From: a virus
Length of the DNA stretch: 64,000 nt
Virus record (IMG/VR): IMGVR_UViG_3300032174_000004
Location: 4,636 to 68,635 of that record
Strand: one strand, 5' to 3'
The notes beneath the pieces are model-generated. The model did not search any database, was not told the DNA's origin, and was given only the letters and a program-made list of their open reading frames with translations. The position numbers and the translations under genes are program-made. Of the stretch, positions 36,666 to 46,267 are shown in pieces (positions within the stretch are counted from its first letter, which is position 1; each line of letters starts with the position of its first letter).

Positions 36666-37682
36666 TCAGCTCCCTAGATCGCCCGATGAGAAGTCGATGG
36701 GCGCCGGCTGCGTTTGGTCGATGACATCTTGCGCAGCGACCTGTGATTGAGCGTTGGCGAGCGCTGTATCAGGCCCTGAAGAACTCCCACCGCCGCCGCC
36801 CATCTGCTGCCAAAGTCCAGCACCTGCCGCTGCTCCCCCAAGAGCCGCGCTTCCCATGTTGCTCGGCGGCCCATACAGGCTCGTGTTCGTCTGAACTCCC
36901 TTCGAAGCGGCAATCGCCTGTATGAGCGGCTGAAGCTGCGTCGTCGACCAGTTCTGGTTGGTCAGGAAGGTGTTCAGGTTGAAGTTCAACTGCTGCTGAT
37001 TCAGCGACTGCGCAAGGCCCCCCGTGGCCATCAACTGCTGGATCTGCTCACCGTTGAGCCGACTGACATCCCCGCCGACCTGAGCAAGGGCCTCCCCTGC
37101 TGCGATCTTGGTCTTGTTGTCGTTGAAAAAGGCGTTCTGCGCGTTCGTGTAAGCCGCCGAGTAGGCATTGCCTATATCCGATGCGAGCGCCTGGGAATGC
37201 GAGGTCTCAAGCGATTGCTCCTCGAGCGCCGAGCGATCGCCACCGAAAGCCCCTGCCTTCGAGTTCTCCAGCGCCGACTTCTGCGTCGCGTAGTTGATGT
37301 TCTCCTGGTTGAGAACCGGAGTGAGGGTCGCCTGTACATACGGATCCATGTACGACTGCAGGTTCTGCGAGTTGTACTGCTTGATGCCCGCGATATCGTT
37401 GGCCCCCTGAGTCAGCAGGCTTGAGGCTTGCGTATTCAGCGCGCTCTCAGGAGAAGCCTGCGCAGTGGCCTGCTGCTGGCCCTGCGACTCCGGCGCCACC
37501 ACCGCCCCGCCATAAGGCGTGTACGGCGTGTTGGCGATCGTCTCGGCTTTCGCTAGCGCGTCATTGCTCGCAGCCTGCGTTTCAGGTGACTCGGAAGTCG
37601 TCGAGTGGCCCGCAGCATTCTTGCTGCTCATGTACTGGCCACCGGCGGAGATTACGGCCCCCGCAACCGCGCCCCATGGCGT
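36666..37682 (-). CDS. DNA pilot / ejection protein, probable ACG start
   Basis: YTPYGG.VVAP...YMDPY...GAFGGDRS; in-frame extension PWGAVAGAVISAGGQY upstream of ATG 37631. Confidence 0.75.
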   Translation of the reverse strand, partial: TPWGAVAGAVISAGGQYMSSKNAAGHSTTSESPETQAASNDALAKAETIANTPYTPYGGAVVAPESQGQQQATAQASPESALNTQASSLLTQGANDIAGIKQYNSQNLQSYMDPYVQATLTPVLNQENINYATQKSALENSKAGAFGGDRSALEEQSLETSHSQALASDIGNAYSAAYTNAQNAFFNDNKTKIAAGEALAQVGGDVSRLNGEQIQQLMATGGLAQSLNQQQLNFNLNTFLTNQNWSTTQLQPLIQAIAASKGVQTNTSLYGPPSNMGSAALGGAAAGAGLWQQMGGGGGSSSGPDTALANAQSQVAAQDVIDQTQPAPIDFSSGDLGS

Positions 37683-37688
37683 TAAGTC

Positions 37689-37723
37689 CCTGATTCTATG
37701 GTGGAATATACCATCGAATCAGG
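37689..37723 (-). promoter_or_regulatory. Hairpin sequestering the pilot-gene SD
   Basis: CCTGATTC-G-ATGGT...ACCAT-A-GAATCAGG; contains the upstream TGA stop and part of the AGGGA SD. Confidence 0.6.
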
Positions 37724-38369
37724 CCCCCATTTGTCTTGGAGTCGCATCGCGTTCCCCATCGCCACACCACAGTGGCTTCAGTCTCTGGTCGCGTTTCACA
37801 CAGACAATGCAGGTGATTCTCTCGACCGTTGACCCGTTGGAGACCCAATGTGTTTCATTATTATTGAAAGAGTACACAGTGCCAGGAGCACACTCGAAAG
37901 CGCCGTCATCGTAGCAAAACGTCTGCCCTGGTGCGCTCTTGAGCTGTACGGCAATTTTCTCATACGTGGTTGCGTGCCAACCGTGATCGATATGCGGTTT
38001 TACTTCACCGCCCGGCGGGATGCGCGTGATCAATACACCGCCTAGCCGCTCCGCCTCAAAGTGCCGCATGAGATCGAAGATAAGCGTGCGCAGGTTGGGA
38101 AGGAGGTCAATCGCCGAGTACCACACGCTCTCATGAGGCTCGCCAACGAAATGAACGACAACCTCATTGGGATGAGGATATTCCTTGCGAAGCGCGTGGA
38201 GTTCGTCAATCGCGCGGTAACGAATCCAGATATCCGATACACCGTTGTGCGCTGGCGCGTAGCCTTCAGTCCGTAGGGTATAGCGATTCCACAGCTCTGG
38301 GTGCGCATCGAGCTCCGCGACGACCGATGATACGTCCAGCCCATACACAAGAGGGCGCAGGTACTTCAC
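37719..38369 (-). CDS. Aspartyl/asparaginyl beta-hydroxylase-like 2OG-Fe(II) oxygenase
   Basis: LGGVLITRIPPGGEVKPHID...FNNNETHWVSN...ERI. Confidence 0.85.
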   Translation of the reverse strand: MKYLRPLVYGLDVSSVVAELDAHPELWNRYTLRTEGYAPAHNGVSDIWIRYRAIDELHALRKEYPHPNEVVVHFVGEPHESVWYSAIDLLPNLRTLIFDLMRHFEAERLGGVLITRIPPGGEVKPHIDHGWHATTYEKIAVQLKSAPGQTFCYDDGAFECAPGTVYSFNNNETHWVSNGSTVERITCIVCVKRDQRLKPLWCGDGERDATPRQMGA

Positions 38370-38881
38370 CGTACGTTCCCCATCATTCGCTGGATCAGGC
38401 GTCGGCAGACAGCGGGATCTGGGTCGAGCTTCTCAAAGTCGGCTTGCACATTGAGTTGCCGCAATAGGGCGTGCCGAGGAGCATCGAAGGGAATATGCCC
38501 TTCAAAGAGATGATCGTGAATGATTTCGGGATGGTGGAAGATTTCGCGCCAGTCCACATGGAAGCCATCAATTCTGGCGAGGTCGTCTTCCCAGTTGTGA
38601 TCAAGTGGCGGGAGCCCCGCTCGACGCAAGGAAAGGTCTATCTCGCGCATGTCCCGATGCAAGATCACTTTGCGAGCGGGATGCCGCTTGAGCCAGTCCG
38701 GGAAGAGAGCGATGCCCGTGTCTGCAAGCCCTAGGATGCGATCGCAAGGTATCGTGTCCAGATCCTCAAGGTCATGCGTGATACACAGCTCGTGCAGACA
38801 CAGCGAGAGCTCAGTGGTGCACCAGTTACTACACCATGCGGTTCCTGACCGAGGCGCTCCTATGATCATGAACGTAATCAC
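38366..38881 (-). CDS. Sulfotransferase-like P-loop protein
   Basis: FMIIGAPRSGTAW...LHE...KVILHRD. Confidence 0.75.
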   Translation of the reverse strand: MITFMIIGAPRSGTAWCSNWCTTELSLCLHELCITHDLEDLDTIPCDRILGLADTGIALFPDWLKRHPARKVILHRDMREIDLSLRRAGLPPLDHNWEDDLARIDGFHVDWREIFHHPEIIHDHLFEGHIPFDAPRHALLRQLNVQADFEKLDPDPAVCRRLIQRMMGNVR

Positions 38882-39381
38882 GCGCTGGCCGCCTTCGTGA
38901 GGGTCGGTAGCGGCATGCGCAGGAAGGTATGGCGAGAGGGCAGGTAGCTTGAGCGCTTGGCGATGACCTCATTCAACTCTGCCGGCGTCAGCATCTGCGA
39001 TCCCAGGAAGCCGACTAGCTTGTTGCTGTCGAGGAATCGCTCCAGTGCGTCGAGTAGCTGCTCAGGGACTCGCGTCGTACGATAGGCCGGCGTCACTGCC
39101 AACCAAGTCTCAGCCAGCACTACAGTCTCGCACCATGGCGTGCGAATCGGCGCCACGCCTATGCTGCCGAGAAGCCGTCCTTGGAGATCCGCGACGATCA
39201 CGAAGGCGTGTCGCAGCGTGGTAGTCACGTACTCCAGGAGCTTCTGCTCATCGAGTTTGCCGATTTCCCTAGCCGGTGTTTCAGAGTAGCCGGCCTTGAT
39301 CAGGCGGACCAAATTCACGCTGTCCATCGCCGTTGCTGGCCTGATGACTACCGCATCCTTCTTCTTCTCTCGCATCTTCAT
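38878..39381 (-). CDS. GNAT-fold acetyltransferase-like protein
   Basis: IRPATAMD...LLGSIG...WLAVTPAYR. Confidence 0.75.
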   Translation of the reverse strand: MKMREKKKDAVVIRPATAMDSVNLVRLIKAGYSETPAREIGKLDEQKLLEYVTTTLRHAFVIVADLQGRLLGSIGVAPIRTPWCETVVLAETWLAVTPAYRTTRVPEQLLDALERFLDSNKLVGFLGSQMLTPAELNEVIAKRSSYLPSRHTFLRMPLPTLTKAASA

Positions 39382-39419
39382 ACCTCAGAGTGCCCGCACT
39401 GCGGGGACTGCGATGCTGA

Positions 39420-39791
39420 TTACGCGAAGCCAATCTCCGCGTCAATGTTCAGAGTGATCTTGTTCGCGACATCAGCGAGACCTGTGAGGAAGTCGGCAGC
39501 ATCGAAGCGCGTCTTGCCGTACCAGTCCGCGTGTGAGTTCGCGCCGATGGTCTCACCTGCGAAGGCAAACTCAGTCCCTACCGCGCTCGCGCCTGTCGCG
39601 CCCTTGAAGAGCTTCAGGGTGTGCGGGGAGCTGTCATTGTTCACGGCACGGATGTGCAGGATGGTGAGATAGGGCTGCGTCGCCGTAAAGCCAACCGGTC
39701 CTGCCAGCGACGTGATATTGCAGTTGAGCAAGTTCGCGGCCGATGCCGAAAGCGCGATCGCTTGGATGTTCAGTAGTTTCTGCTGGGCCAT
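39420..39791 (-). CDS. Small beta-sandwich tail-associated protein
   Basis: Beta-rich; resembles 41102..41434; AGGAG SD. Confidence 0.65.
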   Translation of the reverse strand: MAQQKLLNIQAIALSASAANLLNCNITSLAGPVGFTATQPYLTILHIRAVNNDSSPHTLKLFKGATGASAVGTEFAFAGETIGANSHADWYGKTRFDAADFLTGLADVANKITLNIDAEIGFA

Positions 39792-39819
39792 TGCAAACTC
39801 CTAGAAAGGGTGAGGGACG

Positions 39820-40725
39820 CTAAGCAGTGCGGCGGAACCAATCCATTTGGTGCGCCGATACGATATTAACGCCGCCGTTCCCTATAATCGCTATGTGTGT
39901 AACGCTTCCGACCCAAGCTGACAATGCCACTGTAGCCAGTACAGTGTACTGCAACCCACCGGCGCTATACGAAAATATTAAGTTAGTCCCGTCATTCTTG
40001 ACCTTCATATACACTGGAACTATACCGCTCCATGTCTGTGTAGCAGTAGTCGCGTTGAAGGAGTAAGTATTATTACTAGCGTTACGGGTCTCGCTTTGGA
40101 GTTGTAAGTTAGTTCCATTCCATCCCCAGTAATATCCCTTGTACGTCGAACTGTTGTAAATCGCAAAGCCCGCTGCGGCGAAGAATTTCCATGTAAATTC
40201 CCAAGGGGTTGCGGGTACGGCTTGTGAAAAGAATATGCCAGAGTTGCTGGACCCGTTCACCGATATGTTAGCTAAACCACCGAGTTGTACCAAAGAGGTT
40301 ACGGGAGTAGCGCCGCCATTATTTATGAGCACCCATGCATTCGCTCCAGCAAACCTGGCTCCCGTTGTATCGATAGAGGATCCAAATTCAAACTCATCAT
40401 CCCAAACTGTTGGACTACTTGGATGTGTGTCAGGAGTTATATTTACCCCAGTAGCCCCGCCAGTACCCGCCGGCCCTACCGCCCCAGGTGGCCCAGGCTC
40501 TCCGTCCTGCCCATCCTCAGCGAGAAAGAAAATTGCAGGCCCTGCTGGACCGGCGCTGCCCGTGGCTCCAGCTACTCCTGGTTGTCCGGGGATTGCATGC
40601 CATCCATCCTCCCCATCCTCGGCGGCCAGATAGATAGCCGGCCCTTGCGTTCCTGGCGTCCCAACAGCACCAGCGGGCCCTACTGGACCATCTTTCGGCA
40701 GGCCTTGAGGGTCGAAGAGCTTCAT
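39820..40725 (-). CDS. Collagen-like fibre with C-terminal lectin-like (ConA-type) head
   Basis: Gly-X-Y repeats, two GPAI..AEDG.DG units, aromatic beta C-domain. Confidence 0.75.
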   Translation of the reverse strand: MKLFDPQGLPKDGPVGPAGAVGTPGTQGPAIYLAAEDGEDGWHAIPGQPGVAGATGSAGPAGPAIFFLAEDGQDGEPGPPGAVGPAGTGGATGVNITPDTHPSSPTVWDDEFEFGSSIDTTGARFAGANAWVLINNGGATPVTSLVQLGGLANISVNGSSNSGIFFSQAVPATPWEFTWKFFAAAGFAIYNSSTYKGYYWGWNGTNLQLQSETRNASNNTYSFNATTATQTWSGIVPVYMKVKNDGTNLIFSYSAGGLQYTVLATVALSAWVGSVTHIAIIGNGGVNIVSAHQMDWFRRTA

Positions 40726-41105
40726 AGCAGGAACCGCCAGCCGGCGACGGTGAGTAGCAGCAGAACTCCCGCGCCAGGCAGGAGGTCGTAATCCTCTCCG
40801 CCGATGCCGATGAAGCGGTTCGCCGCTAGGGAAAAACTGGACTGGTTTGGAAAGGTCACAAGATCCGTGACGGTTGCGGTGTCATTTACGGCTACCACGA
40901 CATCGCCGACCTGGTGTACCGAGGCATTCAGCCCAGTGATGACCGTCCCACCAGAAGCCGGTGTGATTTCCAGACGGCTGACCGTCGACCCCCATCCTGC
41001 TGGGCTGTAATCATTGACCGAGGCAGCCGGCGAATCTGCGACCGCGATCGGGAAAACGGGAATCGCGAGACGCTTCTGCAAGCCGTTTTGGTCATAGAGC
41101 TTCAC
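40722..41105 (-). CDS. Fibre-associated protein
   Basis: NDYSP...ITGL...S.AANRF; N-terminus similar to 39820..40725. Confidence 0.65.
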   Translation of the reverse strand: MKLYDQNGLQKRLAIPVFPIAVADSPAASVNDYSPAGWGSTVSRLEITPASGGTVITGLNASVHQVGDVVVAVNDTATVTDLVTFPNQSSFSLAANRFIGIGGEDYDLLPGAGVLLLLTVAGWRFLL

Positions 41106-41434
41106 GTTTCCTGCACGCCAGTGAAAGTGAAGTCGACCGCGGCCGCTGTGGTCGTCACCGCCTGAATCGCATCTCCAGGGGTGAGCGTCACCGACTCCGC
41201 ATCCTCCAGCACGTGCGCCGACTCATTCTGCGCTAGGACGATCCGATGCCACGTCGTCTGTGTGCCGCCATTCGGAACCAAGTACAGGAAAATCGTCTGG
41301 GTCGCCGCGTTGTTGTTGAAGAGATAAAGCTGCTTGACGTAATAGTTCATCCCAGCTGGGCAAGTGAGAATCGCTGCCTGCGAATTCGGTAGCTGACCGT
41401 TGGCGACTGGCAGTGGCGCGAAATTCCCACTCAT
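41102..41434 (-). CDS. Small tail adaptor beta-sandwich protein
   Basis: ILTCPAG...L.PGDAIQA...FTGVQET. Confidence 0.7.
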   Translation of the reverse strand: MSGNFAPLPVANGQLPNSQAAILTCPAGMNYYVKQLYLFNNNAATQTIFLYLVPNGGTQTTWHRIVLAQNESAHVLEDAESVTLTPGDAIQAVTTTAAAVDFTFTGVQET

Positions 41435-42063
41435 ACGATCCCCGCGTAGGCTAGCTGCTTGGGATAGCCAGATGTACCAATGATGGCCGCGAGGTCACTG
41501 GCCGCGAGTTCCTCCACGTTCCCGATGCCATCGCCGCTCTTGCGGCCGAGCACTACCGCATCCGTACTCGTTTGCTGCATCTTCGCGTAGGTCACCACAT
41601 TGGTGTTGATCTCAAGCTCAATGCTTCCGTGTGTAGTGATCGGAGAGCCCGTGACCTTCAGATCTGCGCTGTTGATGCCGATAGAGGTGACCGTTCCGCT
41701 GCCACTACCGCCGCCAGATGCCGAGATGGTGATCGAATTTGAATCCACGGAAAAATCGATGTTGCTTCCAGCGATAAGGGTCTTGAAAGCGAGCAACGCG
41801 CCTTCGATATCCTTGAATACCCCCGCGCCATCGCCGACGTTCTCAGCCCCAGTGATGGTTCCACCGCCGCCTGTCTCCCATGAGGCATCATAGTCATTGG
41901 TGCTGTTCTTGAGCAGCATTTGGCCTGTGTTGCCGGAACGTAGCATCTGCTGGAGGGCTTGCGCTTCTGCGGCTAGCGTGCGCACGAACTGCATGAGGCG
42001 ATCGAGCTTGGGGTCGCCAAACTGGATATCAGGAGCCGCAAGGGAGTGTCGCTTGATAGTCAT
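41431..42063 (-). CDS. Tail fibre / needle-associated protein
   Basis: GQML.KNS.NDYD.SW, FKTLIAGSNI, GTVTSI, VTYAKMQ; start MTIKRH. Confidence 0.7.
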   Translation of the reverse strand: MTIKRHSLAAPDIQFGDPKLDRLMQFVRTLAAEAQALQQMLRSGNTGQMLLKNSTNDYDASWETGGGGTITGAENVGDGAGVFKDIEGALLAFKTLIAGSNIDFSVDSNSITISASGGGSGSGTVTSIGINSADLKVTGSPITTHGSIELEINTNVVTYAKMQQTSTDAVVLGRKSGDGIGNVEELAASDLAAIIGTSGYPKQLAYAGIV

Positions 42064-43967
42064 CAGCGTCGTCCGACAGGGCTCGCGATCGCGCGCCAGA
42101 AGTCCATCCGCCAATAATCGCCCATCGTCACCGACTCCATGTAAAGCGCGACGCGGCGCTGGCAGAACTGTGGATCAATCTGATCGGTCGTCGGGGTCAC
42201 AATGAGACGATCACCATAGACCGTCGCATCTCCTGTGAACTCACGCCCGAAGACCTGGAGCGTCACGGAGCCCGACATCTCTTTGAAGTCAGGGATGAGC
42301 GAGTGCAGCAGCATAAGCATGGAGCCTGAGGCCATCGACCACAGCGTCTGGTTCTGTGGCACATCGTGGCGAGAGGTCATGGCGAACTCCCCCTCCCACG
42401 TCGTCAGGAAGTTGAATAGCGCCTCCTCGCTGCTGACATCGGTTCCCGTCTCCTCAAGATACGTCCCCGTATCGTTAAAGCCGATCGGCACCCCGAAGAA
42501 GACATTCTTGTCGAGGCCGCTCTCCCGGGCGATCGAGGACTTGTACCAGATGCCCAGCTGCCAGTTGTAGATCGCCGTGCTGTCATTCTCGTCCGAACTG
42601 TTCGACGGGAAGCTCCAGTGGATCTCAAAGAACTGCAGCCGTACCCGACAGGTGACCTTGCTCTGCATCTTGCGGTTGATGCCGGAGGTGGGGTCGCTCT
42701 TCGTACCGAACACGTAGTCGGCGATATCGCAAGGCAAGTCGTTGACCGTGCCGTTGTAGAACGCGAAGCCATTCTCGGTCATGTAGTACACGGTCCCGAA
42801 GACATCGACGCCGGCGCCCGGTGAGATGATCTTCACCGACTGGGCGAGTGGAGTGATCTGGTAAACGTCGGTGCCCCCGACTAGAGCGACCGTGTAAAGG
42901 CACTCATCGGAAAAGATGACGATGGAGGTACGCGTCTTGACTCCAGTGATGATGCGCGAGCCAGTGTCGAGCCGCTTGCTTCCCGCGTCATTGAGCGTGG
43001 TCTCGACCCAGTTGTCGAAGTTGTCACCCTCGCACCAGCGCACGAACATCTTGTCCTGCTGCCCAGTGACAGTAGTCGCATCCGTGCTCAGCAGGTTGGT
43101 ACCCAGCGCTAGGACATGCCGATCGTCCGGTCCCACCAGCATGCGCTCAATGTTCGCGGGCGCCGTCGGCCGAAGGAGTGCGCGGGAATCCGGGCCTGTT
43201 TGCCGCTGCCACCAGTAGAGCGCCTCACCATTGGGCGCGGCGAGGAGATCCTCCCCCCAATTGTCCAGCGACCAGATGCGCGCAAAGCCGCCGAAGGTCG
43301 ACGCCGATCGTGCTGTGCCATAGGCCTCAAGCCCATAGCCACCCGTGCCGTAGCCAGAAAGCGTGCCGTCTGAAGTGAGGCCGCTTGAGATATCGTAGTT
43401 CGCTACCACGGCGCCACCCGACCCCGCATTGGTGACGCTCACGGGTACGCCGTACACGATGGTATACGTGTTCAGGTCGATGATGCTGGCGATGACCCAC
43501 TCGCCGTTGACGTTCACATTCCCGAAGGGGGTCATGCCGGAATAGGTGACGAAGTCGCCAGCCTGCGCGTTGTGCGAAGGGTCGGTGACCGTGATGACCA
43601 GCGACCCTGCCTGCGTCGCGAAGCCGTTGATGATCGTGTCGGTTTGCCGGATCGGCGTGATGTCGTACAGGCGCGCGTTGTTGATCAGATAGAGCTTGTA
43701 CTCGGTGCCGAAAGCGATCCAGTTCTGCCCATCGAGCGAGTCCCACTGATGGCAGCTGCGCGCATGGCCTTGGTACCAGATGCGGTTGCCATTCGTATCG
43801 ATCAGCAGCTCTTCCTGGAAGCCCCCCATCTTCTGTGGTAAGCCGAGGTACCAACGCACGTTGTCGCCGTCGATGTACCGGCCGAGTGCTTGCCGCGCAG
43901 ACCGCTGCATGAAGATGCCGGGCTGCACCTGCATGTCGATCGTGTTGGCTTGGCGAGGACCGGCCAT
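42063..43967 (-). CDS. Tail hub / DNA stabilisation protein (P22 gp10-like)
   Basis: YIDGDNVRW...WSLDNWGEDL...VRWCEG...EIHWSFPS. Confidence 0.8.
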   Translation of the reverse strand: MAGPRQANTIDMQVQPGIFMQRSARQALGRYIDGDNVRWYLGLPQKMGGFQEELLIDTNGNRIWYQGHARSCHQWDSLDGQNWIAFGTEYKLYLINNARLYDITPIRQTDTIINGFATQAGSLVITVTDPSHNAQAGDFVTYSGMTPFGNVNVNGEWVIASIIDLNTYTIVYGVPVSVTNAGSGGAVVANYDISSGLTSDGTLSGYGTGGYGLEAYGTARSASTFGGFARIWSLDNWGEDLLAAPNGEALYWWQRQTGPDSRALLRPTAPANIERMLVGPDDRHVLALGTNLLSTDATTVTGQQDKMFVRWCEGDNFDNWVETTLNDAGSKRLDTGSRIITGVKTRTSIVIFSDECLYTVALVGGTDVYQITPLAQSVKIISPGAGVDVFGTVYYMTENGFAFYNGTVNDLPCDIADYVFGTKSDPTSGINRKMQSKVTCRVRLQFFEIHWSFPSNSSDENDSTAIYNWQLGIWYKSSIARESGLDKNVFFGVPIGFNDTGTYLEETGTDVSSEEALFNFLTTWEGEFAMTSRHDVPQNQTLWSMASGSMLMLLHSLIPDFKEMSGSVTLQVFGREFTGDATVYGDRLIVTPTTDQIDPQFCQRRVALYMESVTMGDYWRMDFWRAIASPVGRR

Positions 43968-43985
43968 CTACGCCATACTCCCCGT

Positions 43986-44672
43986 GTGAAGAAAAAGAGC
44001 GCCGATTTGAAGGCGAGACAGACCTTCGGTTTCCTTACAGTGCTTCGTTACGCGGGTAAGCGGGGACACAATGATTACTACGATTGCCGCTGTCAGTGCG
44101 GAAACGAAGCCCCGTACCAGAAATGGAATCTGTTGAGCGGCAATAGCCAAAGCTGCGGGTGTCTCAAAGGCCGGTTGATTTCGTTGGGGCGCACTGTTCA
44201 TGGGCATGCCCGTCCTCGACGCACGCGCGAATATGGCGCGTGGAAGCATGCGAAGGGTCGATGCTATACGCCCACAGACGAGAAGTATCCTGACTATGGC
44301 GGACGTGGCATTCGCATGGCCGAAGAATGGCTCAACGATTTTCAGGCTTTCTTCGACCACATTGGCCCAGCACCTCCGAATACCACGCTTGATCGCATCC
44401 ATAACGATGGGCATTACCAGCCGGGTAACGTTCGTTGGGCTACCGCTGAAGAGCAGGCCAATAACCAACGCAGGGTCGTACTGTTCGAGTGGGCCGGGAG
44501 ACGGCTTTCTCTGAGCCAGATAGCGCGGATATATGGCATCCATTCCGGAAATCTTTGGGGGATGGTTCATGATGCAAAAATGCAGGTACACGTCGCAGTA
44601 GCTCACATCCTGCAGAACCGCGAACGCACGCGACTGGGACTGAAGAAAGTGCAACTGTCGCGTCCTAAGTGA
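43986..44672 (+). CDS. HNH-type homing endonuclease, antisense insertion in the tail operon
   Basis: CRCQCG...SCGC...YGGRGI...TLDRIHNDGHYQPGNVRWAT. Confidence 0.88.
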   Translation: MKKKSADLKARQTFGFLTVLRYAGKRGHNDYYDCRCQCGNEAPYQKWNLLSGNSQSCGCLKGRLISLGRTVHGHARPRRTREYGAWKHAKGRCYTPTDEKYPDYGGRGIRMAEEWLNDFQAFFDHIGPAPPNTTLDRIHNDGHYQPGNVRWATAEEQANNQRRVVLFEWAGRRLSLSQIARIYGIHSGNLWGMVHDAKMQVHVAVAHILQNRERTRLGLKKVQLSRPK

Positions 44673-46257
44673 CCGAGCCACGAATATTGGGGCCGCCAGA
44701 ACCGCTGGAGAACGTCACCGATCCTCCGTTCAGATCGATCGCCTTTCCGGCCGCCCCGCCAGTACCGGGTAGCGAGGGCGACCCCACCGACGTTCCACTC
44801 GCACCAGGTGAGCCCCAGTCGCCGCCGTTACCGCCCGCGCCCGCGCTAGTCGTCCCACCGCCATGATTGCCAGCCCCTCCTGTCCCAGGCGCACCGTGCA
44901 CGCCCCGGCCACCAGGGGTCCCATTGCTGGCGTTCACAGGGCTGCCGTAGGATGAGTTGGTGCCCCCAAAGCCTGGATGGCCCCCTCCTACCCCGCCGCC
45001 GCCGCCGCCGCCATTGGAGGAACGCGGAGAGCCTGTGCCAGCCGCCCCACCCCCGCCGCCGCCGCCGCCCGCGCCCCAGATGAACCCTGGGTTGGCAATG
45101 TTGAAGTTAATCCCTGCGCCCGGCCCTTTGACTGCAGGCCCTCCATCGGTTCCATTCGCGCCACTGGTCTCATCAGTGATGGAGCTGCCGCTCTGACCGT
45201 ACTCGCCTCCCTTGCCCCCGTCGCCCCCGCAACCCAGCACGTAGCCGTTGTTCGTCAGGTTGATTGTCGAGCCGGAGGGGAAGCCCGTGAAATCGAGTGC
45301 GGGCGTTGCGGGAGAGCCTCCCTGAATCGTGACGCCAGCCGGAATGACGACGTTGACTGTCGGGGTGCCCCCAGGCGAGCCCACACGCAGATAGACATTC
45401 ACGTCCATCTCATTTGAGGTGAGGTTGAGGGTTGCGGTCCCTGGCGTGGCCACGCCGATCGAACTGCGGGCCCGCCAGATGTTTGCGCCCGCGTTGTAGG
45501 TGAGCTGGAAGCGGTCAATCGCCCCAGGAGTCGTTGACAGCGTCCCAGTCGACCCTGAGTCGAAAATCACAGTGCCCGGCCACGTCATCGTCCGGGAGCC
45601 CGTGCCGTCCTGCTGAAACCAGATCTCGATGCGCTGTCCGTCGTCAGGATTCGTGATCGAGAGCGTCCTGTTGCCACCGATCAGGCAATAGAAGCAGTTC
45701 GACAGCATCGCGTTCAGCGTGATCGTCGCCCCGTCCGTGAGGTTTGCGAACGCCGTCGCATTGCCAGCACGGAAGGCATTGAAGATGTCCAACCGCGCGT
45801 AGTTCGCCGCGACCACGCCACCAAGTTGTAACGAATTCGTTACGGATCCGACCGGCGCAGCCTGCGGAGCGAATACGTTCGTGCCATCACACGCGACCCA
45901 CTGATTAGAAGCGGCCGGGATAGCAACGCCCGTCCCTGAGGCCGTCTTAACCGTCATCGTCTGGCCCGTGTTATTCACCACGAGGTAGATCTTCGGGAGG
46001 GCGGGGACGATGCAGTTGAAACCACTGGTCGGGGCGCCAGTGAGGTTGATGATCGCCATGCGCGCGGTATCCGTCGCGCCGTTGTTCGTGCTGAGCGTGA
46101 CATCACCCGTGGAGACGGGAACGTTCGCCAGACCGCAGATGGAGTCCTCGACGAGCTGGATGGCCGCCGCGTTCAGCAGCGCACCCCAAGTATTGACGTT
46201 GCCACCGGTAGCTTGGAGCCGGAACCGGAGACGACTGCTGTAGGAATCAGCGGGCAT
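44665..46257 (-). CDS. Tail fibre with Gly-rich C-terminus
   Basis: YSSRLRFRLQATGGNVNTWG anchor; QDGTGSRTMTW; polyglycine head. Confidence 0.8.
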   Translation of the reverse strand: MPADSYSSRLRFRLQATGGNVNTWGALLNAAAIQLVEDSICGLANVPVSTGDVTLSTNNGATDTARMAIINLTGAPTSGFNCIVPALPKIYLVVNNTGQTMTVKTASGTGVAIPAASNQWVACDGTNVFAPQAAPVGSVTNSLQLGGVVAANYARLDIFNAFRAGNATAFANLTDGATITLNAMLSNCFYCLIGGNRTLSITNPDDGQRIEIWFQQDGTGSRTMTWPGTVIFDSGSTGTLSTTPGAIDRFQLTYNAGANIWRARSSIGVATPGTATLNLTSNEMDVNVYLRVGSPGGTPTVNVVIPAGVTIQGGSPATPALDFTGFPSGSTINLTNNGYVLGCGGDGGKGGEYGQSGSSITDETSGANGTDGGPAVKGPGAGINFNIANPGFIWGAGGGGGGGGAAGTGSPRSSNGGGGGGGVGGGHPGFGGTNSSYGSPVNASNGTPGGRGVHGAPGTGGAGNHGGGTTSAGAGGNGGDWGSPGASGTSVGSPSLPGTGGAAGKAIDLNGGSVTFSSGSGGPNIRGSVT

Positions 46258-46267
46258 GATCTAGTCC

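Noticed and set aside
43968-44681. Minus-strand 237-aa ORF filling the gap in the tail operon
   Set aside because: Antisense shadow of the plus-strand HNH gene, which has clear motifs
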